DNA of 64,000 bases from an uncultured Bacilli bacterium (GTDB taxonomy: Bacteria; Bacillota_I; Bacilli_A; RF39; UBA660): positions 98,939-162,938 of the forward strand of contig CAKPDH010000001.1 in the NCBI GenBank assembly GCA_934148845.1, written 5' to 3'. The notes beneath the pieces were generated by a model. The model was not told the origin of the DNA. It was given only the letters and a program-made list of their open reading frames with translations, and made no database searches. This document shows positions 10,118 to 17,641 of this stretch, one piece after another (positions within the stretch are counted from its first letter, which is position 1; each line of letters begins with the position of its first letter). The position numbers and the translations under genes were made by a program.

Positions 10118-12514
10118 ATGTATAATTTTGAAAAAATAGAGAAAAAATGGCAAAAATATTGGGAAGAACATGATACTTTTAAAGCATTAAATAATAGTAC
10201 TAAACCAAAATATTATTATTTAGTTGAATTTCCTTATCCATCAGGATCAGGATTACATGTAGGACATGTTAGAAGCTATACTGCACTTGATGCTATGGCT
10301 AGAAAAAAGAGAATGCAAGGATATAATGTATTATATCCAATGGGATGGGATGCATTTGGACTTCCTGCTGAGCAATATGCTATAAAAAATCATATACATC
10401 CAAGTGAGGCTGTTAAAGAAAACATAAAAGTATTTAAAAATCAAATAAAAAAATTGGGTATATCATTCGATTGGTCAAGAGAATTTTCAACAACAGATCC
10501 AGATTATTATAAGTGGACACAGTGGCAATTTTTAAAGTTTTATGAATCAGGAATGGCTTATAAAGCAAAAAAAGAAATTAATTGGTGTCCTAACTGTAAA
10601 ATAGGATTATCAAATGAAGAATCTGAAGGAAATGTATGTGAAAGATGTAATGGACCTGTTGTAAAAAAAGAAAAAGAACAATGGATGTTAAAAATGAGCG
10701 ATTACGCTGAAAAATTACTTGACGGATTAGATAAGACAGAATTTGTTGATAGAATAAAGACAGCTCAAATTAATTGGATTGGTAAGAGTGTAGGTGCAGA
10801 AGTAGATTTTAAGATAAAAGATATAGATGAAGTTTTAAAAGTATTTACAACTAGATGCGATACACTTTATGGTGTTACATTTATGGTAGTGTCACCAGAA
10901 CATCCAATACTAAAAAAATATGAAAATAAAATTAAAAATATAGATGAAGTTAAAAAATATCAATTAGAAGCACAAGCTAAAACAGAAATAGAAAGAACTG
11001 ATTTAACAAGAAAAAAGACTGGTGTTAAGATAGATGGACTTGTAGCCATTAATCCAGTTAATTCAAAAGAAATACCAATATGGATAAGTGATTATGTATT
11101 AGTTAATTATGGTACTGGTGCTATAATGGCAGTTCCAGCTCATGATGAAAGGGATTATGAGTTTGCAAAAAAATTTAATATAGATATTATTCCAGTAATA
11201 GAAGGCGGAGATAATACTTGTGCTTATACTTTAGATGGAGTTCATATTAATTCAGACATACTTAACGGACTTGGCAAAGAAGAAGCTATAGAAAAAATGC
11301 TTAAATATTTAAGTGATAATAAAATAGGTAAGAAAAAAATCAATTATAGATTACAGGATTGGGTTTTTTCAAGACAAAGATTTTGGGGAGAACCTATTCC
11401 AATGGTTCACTGCGAAAAATGTGGTTATGTACCTGTTAAAGAAGAGGATTTACCAGTAACACTTCCAGATGTCGCATCATATGAGCCTACTGATAATGGT
11501 GAAAGTCCTCTTGCAAATATTGAAGAATGGGTAAATACAACTTGTCCAAAATGTGGCGGAAGTGCAAAAAGAGAAACTGATACAATGCCAAACTGGGCTG
11601 GATCAAGCTGGTACTATTTAAGATATATGGATCCTAAAAATGATAAAGAATTTGTATCTCAAGATGCTTTAAAATATTTTAATATGGTAGATTACTATAA
11701 CGGTGGTATGGAGCACGCTACAAGGCATTTACTATATGCAAGATTTTGGCATAACTTCCTATATGATAAAGGGTTAGTTCCATATAGCGAGCCATTTAAA
11801 AAACGTGTAGCTCATGGAATGATACTAGGTGCAAATGGAGAAAAAATGAGTAAATCTAAAGGTAATGTAGTAAATCCTGATGATATGGTTAAAGAATATG
11901 GAGCAGATGCTTTAAGATGTTATGAATTATTTATAGGTGATTATACTATGGATGCTTCTTGGAATGAATTTGGTCTTAAAGGATGCAAAAAGTTCTTAGA
12001 TAGAATCTATAGACTAGGAAATAAACTAAATGATAGTTTAGAATATTCTAAAGATCTTGAAATATTAATAAATCAAAGTATAAAAAAAGTAACTGATGAT
12101 CTTGAAAATATGAAATATAATACTGCAGTATCAACACTTATGATATTACTTAATAAATTTGAAGAAAAAGATACAATAACTAAAAAAGACTATAGAACAA
12201 TTCTTCATTTACTTAATCCAATATCTCCACATATTACCGAAGAATTAAATGAAAAATATAATTTAGGTAATCCATTATGTGAATCAACTTTTCCTAATTA
12301 TGATAATAGTAAACTTGAAAATAATACATTTACTATGATAGTACAAGTAAATGGTAAAGTAAGAGGAAAAATCGAAATTAAATCAGATATAACAGAAGAA
12401 GAAATGAAAGAAAAAGCAAAAAATATAGATAATGTAAAATCATATATTGATGGAAAAGAAATAGCTAAAATAATAGTTGTACCTAAAAAATTAGTAAATA
12501 TAGTAGTTATTTAA
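10118..12514 (+). CDS. leuS: Leucine--tRNA ligase
   Basis: Class I HIGH motif (P.GSGLHVGHVRSY), KMSKS motif (GEKMSKSKGN), CP1 editing and zinc motifs (CPNC..CERC). 798 aa. Confidence 0.95.
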   Translation: MYNFEKIEKKWQKYWEEHDTFKALNNSTKPKYYYLVEFPYPSGSGLHVGHVRSYTALDAMARKKRMQGYNVLYPMGWDAFGLPAEQYAIKNHIHPSEAVKENIKVFKNQIKKLGISFDWSREFSTTDPDYYKWTQWQFLKFYESGMAYKAKKEINWCPNCKIGLSNEESEGNVCERCNGPVVKKEKEQWMLKMSDYAEKLLDGLDKTEFVDRIKTAQINWIGKSVGAEVDFKIKDIDEVLKVFTTRCDTLYGVTFMVVSPEHPILKKYENKIKNIDEVKKYQLEAQAKTEIERTDLTRKKTGVKIDGLVAINPVNSKEIPIWISDYVLVNYGTGAIMAVPAHDERDYEFAKKFNIDIIPVIEGGDNTCAYTLDGVHINSDILNGLGKEEAIEKMLKYLSDNKIGKKKINYRLQDWVFSRQRFWGEPIPMVHCEKCGYVPVKEEDLPVTLPDVASYEPTDNGESPLANIEEWVNTTCPKCGGSAKRETDTMPNWAGSSWYYLRYMDPKNDKEFVSQDALKYFNMVDYYNGGMEHATRHLLYARFWHNFLYDKGLVPYSEPFKKRVAHGMILGANGEKMSKSKGNVVNPDDMVKEYGADALRCYELFIGDYTMDASWNEFGLKGCKKFLDRIYRLGNKLNDSLEYSKDLEILINQSIKKVTDDLENMKYNTAVSTLMILLNKFEEKDTITKKDYRTILHLLNPISPHITEELNEKYNLGNPLCESTFPNYDNSKLENNTFTMIVQVNGKVRGKIEIKSDITEEEMKEKAKNIDNVKSYIDGKEIAKIIVVPKKLVNIVVI

Positions 12515-12529
12515 TTACTATATTTTTTA
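12498..12529 (+). terminator. Terminator hairpin after leuS (5' element of the repeated cassette)
   Basis: ATATAGTAGTT-attt-AATTACTATAT (11-bp stem with one G.U) followed by T-run; the same element recurs at 33628-33659. Confidence 0.55.
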
Positions 12530-12558
12530 TTGCAAATTAAAATAAATAATGATAAAAT
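12530..12558 (+). promoter_or_regulatory. Promoter of the LRR-protein gene
   Basis: TTGCAA -35, 17-nt spacer, TAAAAT -10; an equivalent promoter (TTGTAA-17-TAAAAT) is retained in the decayed copy at 33659-33687. Confidence 0.5.
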
Positions 12559-12580
12559 TAATATGAAAGTAGGAGGATAT

Positions 12581-14014
12581 ATGAAAAACAAAAAGATAAC
12601 AGTAGCTGCACTAATAGTAGCAGTATTAAGTCTTTCAATAGGATTTGCAGCATTTTCAAACAGTTTAAATATTAAAAGTAGTGCGAATGTAAAACCAAGT
12701 GATAAAGACTTTAAAATAGTATTTTCAAAAGAAAGAGATACATTTGTAAGTGGAAATGAAATAATAAATGCAACAGGAGATATTAATGAGAATACAAAAA
12801 AAGGATCAATAAATGATATAGGAGATACATTATATAATCTAGAGACAGAATTTACTACTCCTGGAGAGAGTGTAGAATATAGTTTATATATAAAAAATAT
12901 AGGAGCATATAATGCAGTATTAAATAAACTAGAAATAGAAGAAGCAGAACTAACAAGTGATATAACAGTAGATAACTATTATATAGTAGATAATGGAAGT
13001 GTTAAGTGTTATGCAAAAAAAGATCCACAAAATAAAGCAAATGAAGAATTATTAAAAGAGGCTTGTAATAATATAAAATTAAAAGTAAAACTACAACAAG
13101 AAAGTGAATATATAACAAGTACAAAAGAATTTGATAGTTATGTAATAAATAAAGGAGAAAGTGAGAGTGTTACAGTAACACTAGAATATACAGGAGATAC
13201 ATTAGCTGATACAAATTTTAATGTAGTATTTGGTAGTGTTAAGATGAATTATGCAACAGCAAAGGTAAGTAGTAGTACTCTAGTAGAAGATCAAGTATGT
13301 TTTTATACAGAATTAAATGAAGATAATAGCACATTAAGTATAGCTGGATATAATCCAGAATGTGGTACTGATGTAGTAATACCTGATAGTCTTCCACTAA
13401 CAAGTATAGAAAGCTTAGATACAGAAGCTTGTATTAATGGACTTGTAGCAACAGGAGATTATGACCAAAATTCAGCTACTCAAAGCTGCAGTTTATCAAA
13501 CGAAGATTTATTATATGAATTATCATCAAATAATTTGATGAATACTCTTAAAATTACTAAGAGTACAAATTCTTATTCTGTATCGAAGATAAAAAATAAC
13601 TCATTTGTTGAACTTAATTTAGAAAGCGTAATAATCCCTGGGACAGTAGAGATTATAGGAAGAGAGGCCTTCATTTATAATAATATATCAAGTGTTATTT
13701 TAAATGAGGGAACTAAGACAATTGATTCTTATGCTTTTGCATTAAATAAATTAAAGGAAATAAATATACCAAATAGTGTTGAAACAATAGAGAATTCTGC
13801 ATTTGATTCTAATAATATTCAAATCGTAAGTATAGGGAAGAATATAAATTTTATTGGTGAAAGTGCTTTTGGCAAAAGCAATGAAGAAGGCTATGGACCA
13901 AATAAAATAGAAAGTGTAACTATAAATACAACAAAAGATAAAGTGACAGTAGAAACAAACGTATTTAGCTGGGTATTAGGAAAAAGTGATGCAGATATAA
14001 AATGGGCTGAGTAG
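12581..14014 (+). CDS. Secreted protein with BspA/TpLRR-type leucine-rich repeats and a TasA/camelysin-like (SipW-cognate-type) leader
   Basis: Leader MKNKKITVAALIVAVLSLSIGFAAFSN resembles the TasA ..GGTWAAFND and CalY ..GTFAYFSD cleavage regions. C-terminal about 150 aa are LRR_5-like repeats (IPNSVETIENSAFDSNNIQIVSIG..FIGESAFG). RBS AGGAGG 5 nt before the ATG at 12581; the track start at 12530 is upstream. Confidence 0.6.
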   Translation: MKNKKITVAALIVAVLSLSIGFAAFSNSLNIKSSANVKPSDKDFKIVFSKERDTFVSGNEIINATGDINENTKKGSINDIGDTLYNLETEFTTPGESVEYSLYIKNIGAYNAVLNKLEIEEAELTSDITVDNYYIVDNGSVKCYAKKDPQNKANEELLKEACNNIKLKVKLQQESEYITSTKEFDSYVINKGESESVTVTLEYTGDTLADTNFNVVFGSVKMNYATAKVSSSTLVEDQVCFYTELNEDNSTLSIAGYNPECGTDVVIPDSLPLTSIESLDTEACINGLVATGDYDQNSATQSCSLSNEDLLYELSSNNLMNTLKITKSTNSYSVSKIKNNSFVELNLESVIIPGTVEIIGREAFIYNNISSVILNEGTKTIDSYAFALNKLKEINIPNSVETIENSAFDSNNIQIVSIGKNINFIGESAFGKSNEEGYGPNKIESVTINTTKDKVTVETNVFSWVLGKSDADIKWAE

Positions 14015-14131
14015 TATTTTAGATATTACTTGGGTAAATGGTTAGATAAATGATAAAAATATTTATAAATGTATTTTATAGATATTTTTTTATAAATTTA
14101 TGATATAATTTATTTAGAATGGAGATTTGAA

Positions 14132-15406
14132 ATGATTAAGGTAATTAAGAATGGTACAGTTATTACAATGGACCCAAAAAGAGAAAAAGTAGAAAAATTA
14201 GATATAGTTATTAAAGATAATATAATTATTGATATAACTGATAATTATTGTGGTGCTTATGATGAATTAATAGATGCTAAAGGTAAGATAGTAATGCCTG
14301 GATTAATTAATGCACATACTCATCTTGGTATGAGTATATTTAGAGCTACTAATGATTCACTTAAGCTTCAAGATTGGCTTACTTTAAAAATATGGCCTAT
14401 TGAAGATAAATTAACTAATGATGATGTATACTATAGTACTCTTTTATCTTGTATTGAAATGATTAAAAGTGGAACTACTACAAGTAATGATATGTATTTT
14501 AATTGTGATGGTAGTATTAAAGCTTTAAAGAAAATGAAAGTTAGGTCTTTATTTAGTAGATGCTTGCAAGATTTTGATTCTAATGGGGATTCTAAAATAG
14601 ATGAATTTTTAAAGTTATATGAAGAAAACAAAAATGATGAATTAATTAAATTTTGTGTATCAGCTCATGCTTTTTATACTTGTAGTAGTGAGTATCTAAA
14701 AAAATGTAGTGACCTTGCTTTAAAGCTTGATATGCCACTTCATATACATTTTTGTGAAAACTTAAAAGAAGTAGAAGATATTAAAAATAAATATAATATG
14801 GATCCTATAGATGTATTAGAAGATTTAGGGTTATTAAGAAATAAATTAATACTTGCGCATACAACTTTTATTACTGAAGATAAATTATCAAAATTAAAAG
14901 ATAAAAATGTGAGTTTTGTACACAATCCAATAAGTAATTTAAATCTTGGGTGTGGTATAGCAAATATTAGTAAGTATATGAAATATGTTAATGTATGTCT
15001 TGGAACTGATGGCGTTGGAAGTGGAAATAATATGAATTTATTTTATCACATGTCAGTTACAGATCTATTACAGAAGGGATTATATAAAGATCCTACTATA
15101 ATGTCTTCATATGATGTACTTAAATTAGCTACTATAAATGGTGCTCGAGCTCTTTATATGGATCATAAAATAGGAAGTATAGAAATATCTAAATATGCAG
15201 ATATTATAATAGTTGATTTAAATAATATAGAAACATATCCAACTGTAGATTTAATTAATAATTTAGTACATAATACTACTATATCTAATATAGATACTAC
15301 TATAATCAATGGAGAAGTTTTGATGAAAAATCATAAGATTTTACTTGATATAGATGAAGATCTTTTAAAAGAAAAAATAGATAATATAATAAAACGTGTT
15401 AAATAA
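14132..15406 (+). CDS. mtaD: Amidohydrolase, 5-methylthioadenosine/S-adenosylhomocysteine deaminase-like
   Basis: Metal-dependent hydrolase motifs GLINAHTHLGMS, ..HIHFCE.., ..GTDG..; 424 aa, typical of MtaD/chlorohydrolase-family members. Confidence 0.65.
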   Translation: MIKVIKNGTVITMDPKREKVEKLDIVIKDNIIIDITDNYCGAYDELIDAKGKIVMPGLINAHTHLGMSIFRATNDSLKLQDWLTLKIWPIEDKLTNDDVYYSTLLSCIEMIKSGTTTSNDMYFNCDGSIKALKKMKVRSLFSRCLQDFDSNGDSKIDEFLKLYEENKNDELIKFCVSAHAFYTCSSEYLKKCSDLALKLDMPLHIHFCENLKEVEDIKNKYNMDPIDVLEDLGLLRNKLILAHTTFITEDKLSKLKDKNVSFVHNPISNLNLGCGIANISKYMKYVNVCLGTDGVGSGNNMNLFYHMSVTDLLQKGLYKDPTIMSSYDVLKLATINGARALYMDHKIGSIEISKYADIIIVDLNNIETYPTVDLINNLVHNTTISNIDTTIINGEVLMKNHKILLDIDEDLLKEKIDNIIKRVK

Positions 15407-15459
15407 TATTGTATTTTTAATAAATTTGTGTTAAATTTAAATTGTAAAAGGAGACTTAA

Positions 15460-15825
15460 ATGAAAACAATTATTGTAGCAGATGATTCGATGATAGTAAA
15501 AAATATAGTTGAACAGGCTCTTATGGATGAATATGATGTAGTTAAAACATCAAGTGGAGCTGAAACATTAGATTTTATTATTAATAATAAAGATAAGGAT
15601 ATAAAAGGTTTATTACTTGATCTTAATATGCCTGGCACTGATGGCTTTATGGTTTTAAATTATTTTAAAAATGCTAATTTATTTCAAAAGATAAAAGTTT
15701 CAATAATATCTGGTGATGATACTAAAGAAACTATAGATAAAGCATTTACATATGATATAGTTGATATGCTAAATAAACCATTTAATAAAGCAAATATTAA
15801 AAATATAGTAAATAAAATGATATGA
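15460..15825 (+). CDS. Single-domain response regulator (CheY-like receiver only)
   Basis: 121 aa. Acidic pocket IIVADDS, phospho-acceptor LLLDLNMPGTDG, conserved S/T (IISGD) and K (LNKPF). No output domain. RBS AAAGGAG. Confidence 0.75.
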   Translation: MKTIIVADDSMIVKNIVEQALMDEYDVVKTSSGAETLDFIINNKDKDIKGLLLDLNMPGTDGFMVLNYFKNANLFQKIKVSIISGDDTKETIDKAFTYDIVDMLNKPFNKANIKNIVNKMI

Positions 15826-15942
15826 GTGTGTAAAGAATTCTATATAAATGGAATCTAACCACGATATTTTGAAACCTTAATTGGTTTTTTTATCTAAATA
15901 ATAACATATAATGTTTAATTTTCAAAGAATTAAATTTTTCTA

Positions 15943-16225
15943 TTAAACAAATAGATAATCCAGATAATATAGTTTCCAAATTTCTATATGCTTGATCCCT
16001 TTTAGATATATTTTTAAACATTTAAGTAATGCCATATCTGTTGGAAAAACAGATATGGTTTTATTAAATTTTCTATATTGTCTATTTAATTATTTGATTG
16101 TATTAGTTGTATACATAATTTTTCTAATTTCATTTGAGAATTGAAAAAATAGACAAATTGCATCCAATTTTCCTTCCTTTTGAATAATCAAATTCGGCGT
16201 TCATCATTTCTTATAATAATTTTAA
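15943..16225 (-). pseudogene. Remnant of an IS256/mutator-family transposase (C-terminal about 90 codons, with internal stop and frameshift)
   Basis: Minus-strand translation gives ..FFQFSNEIRKLCIQLIQSNN*IDNIEN.. and, in another frame, NRQYRKFNKTISVFPTDMALLKCLKIYLKGIKHIEIW. These match the conserved C-terminal block of IS256-family transposases (F.FP.eIRK.IYTTNaIEslN.q.RK..k...vFP.d.aalKl.yL......kW). No upstream catalytic region and no terminal inverted repeats found. Confidence 0.45.
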
Positions 16226-16373
16226 TATTTCTTTCCGCTTGCTATTTTTCCCATAATAAAAACCTCTCCATTTCTTTTATTTTATTATAGAAATAAAGGC
16301 TCAATTATATTGAAATATGATTAATTTAATTCAAAATAATTAATTTCCTTGTATTTATATAATTAGTTTTAGT

Positions 16374-16397
16374 ATAAAAAAACAACCATTAGGTTGT
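16374..16397 (-). terminator. Terminator of the HTH gene
   Basis: On the minus strand, ACAACC-taat-GGTTGT followed by T7. Confidence 0.55.
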
Positions 16398-16407
16398 ATA
16401 TAAATTA

Positions 16408-16647
16408 TTATTTATTAAAATTCATTTGATTAAATATATCAGTATCATAAAACTCTGCCATAGTTATTCCAAAAACTCTGCACATTTTATATATATTTTT
16501 GGAACTAGGATTTTCTACTTTATCATTTAGTAACGCAAAAAGAGTTGCTACTGGTACAGTGGAAAGTTCTGATAACTTGTTTGGAGTAATATGGTTTTTT
16601 TTACATAATTCTAGTATTCTATTAATAATTGCCTGTGTGAAAGACAT
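16408..16647 (-). CDS. XRE-family helix-turn-helix transcriptional regulator (79 aa)
   Basis: ILELCKKNHITPNKLSELSTVPVATLFALLNDK is a Cro/C1-type HTH. RBS AAAGGAGG. Divergent from the pseudo-receiver gene. Confidence 0.6.
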   Translation of the reverse strand: MSFTQAIINRILELCKKNHITPNKLSELSTVPVATLFALLNDKVENPSSKNIYKMCRVFGITMAEFYDTDIFNQMNFNK

Positions 16648-16706
16648 ATTATAGGCCTCCTTTGTCTAAATGTAATTATATCAAATTATTATTAAAAATA
16701 TCTCTT

Positions 16707-16792
16707 GATTTCAATAAATTTATCGAAAACAAGAACATTTTTTTAACATAAATAATTTTTTTATTGAAATCAGTAGAACTTTTATCGAAATC
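16707..16792. repeat. Array of four 12-bp motifs TTTATYGAAAWC (one inverted) in the divergent promoter region
   Basis: GATTTCAATAAA (16707-16718, inverted), TTTATCGAAAAC (16719-16730), TTTATTGAAATC (16759-16770), TTTATCGAAATC (16781-16792). The first two form a 24-bp near-palindrome. The last copy ends 2 bp before the -35 of the downstream promoter. Centre-to-centre spacing is 12/40/22 bp. Confidence 0.55.
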
Positions 16793-16794
16793 GG

Positions 16795-16822
16795 TTGACT
16801 TTTTTGATAAAAAAAGTATAAT
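16795..16822 (+). promoter_or_regulatory. Sigma-A type promoter of the pseudo-receiver gene
   Basis: TTGACT -35, 16-nt spacer, TATAAT -10. Confidence 0.55.
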
Positions 16823-16911
16823 AAATCTTGTATCAGATTTAGTTTATTTTTATTTAACAACTCATTTAATCAAAAGGTAAAACTCTTGATACATAAATGT
16901 AGGTGATAATT

Positions 16912-17478
16912 ATGAATCAAAAAGAAAAAAAATATAATGAAAACAAAATAAGTTTATTTTTCTATAATAAAACAGTTCATGAAAAAAGTAAAAGTAAAAT
17001 TAGTAATTTATCAAAATATAAACCTAACAGAAAAATATATGTTTTACTTGGTGATAATTATGAACCAATGGCAATTATTACTAATTCTATATTAGAAAGC
17101 ATAGGTTGTAAAACGACAATTGTTCCTAGTGTTAGTTCTTTAGTTCAAGAATTTAAAGAAAATAAGGATAAATATAATGTAATAATTACAAATAATATTT
17201 ATTCAAATAAAGGTACAGGAGTAGATGCTTTAAAATTAGTTAAAAAGCAGAAAAAAGATATTAAAGTTATTGTATTGGCAGTAGAAAAAAATCAAACAAA
17301 GCATTTTATTAATTTTTTAGGATTTGATGGATATTTAGAAAAACCGTTAAGTCAAAGAAAAGCTATTTCTATATTATCATCATTAATTCCAAACATAATA
17401 TTTAAAAAAATAGAACCTAAGTATTATATAAATAATAATAAAAATATAAATAAAAAATATAAAATTGATAAATATTGA
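16912..17478 (+). CDS. Pseudo-receiver (Asp-less CheY-like) domain protein
   Basis: KIYVLLGDN..MAIITNSILESIGCKTTIVPSVSSLVQEF...KYNVIITNNIYSNKGTGVDALKLVKK...IKVIVLAVEKN...FDGYLEKPLS follows the receiver-domain pattern, but the phospho-acceptor Asp is Asn (VIITNN) and the conserved T/S is Ala. N- and C-terminal Lys/Asn-rich tails. RBS AGGTGAT before the ATG at 16912. Confidence 0.45.
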   Translation: MNQKEKKYNENKISLFFYNKTVHEKSKSKISNLSKYKPNRKIYVLLGDNYEPMAIITNSILESIGCKTTIVPSVSSLVQEFKENKDKYNVIITNNIYSNKGTGVDALKLVKKQKKDIKVIVLAVEKNQTKHFINFLGFDGYLEKPLSQRKAISILSSLIPNIIFKKIEPKYYINNNKNINKKYKIDKY

Positions 17479-17641
17479 TTTTATATTTTTTATTTATATA
17501 AAATTCCTCATAAAAATATTTTAAAATTATATCTAAAAACAGTTATGTAATATAAATAAAATTAAAATTTTTAAATATACGTAAAAAATATTTATTAAAA
17601 TTAAAGGTTATGATATAATGTAATAGAAAGGAGAAAAAATA

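Noticed and set aside
12530-12580. Upstream in-frame extension MQIKINNDKINMKVGGY of the LRR protein
   Set aside because: Overlaps the promoter elements. The AGGAGG RBS is placed for the ATG at 12581, and the decayed paralogue conserves exactly that start.
15826-16400. ORF-free 570-bp gap, considered as possible ncRNA locus
   Set aside because: Minus-strand translation shows recognisable transposase residues with stop/frameshift. The gap is a decayed IS fragment plus the HTH gene terminator rather than an RNA gene.
16903-16911. Upstream MIIM extension of the pseudo-receiver ORF
   Set aside because: The AGGTGAT RBS is positioned for the ATG at 16912; the earlier ATG lies within the RBS.
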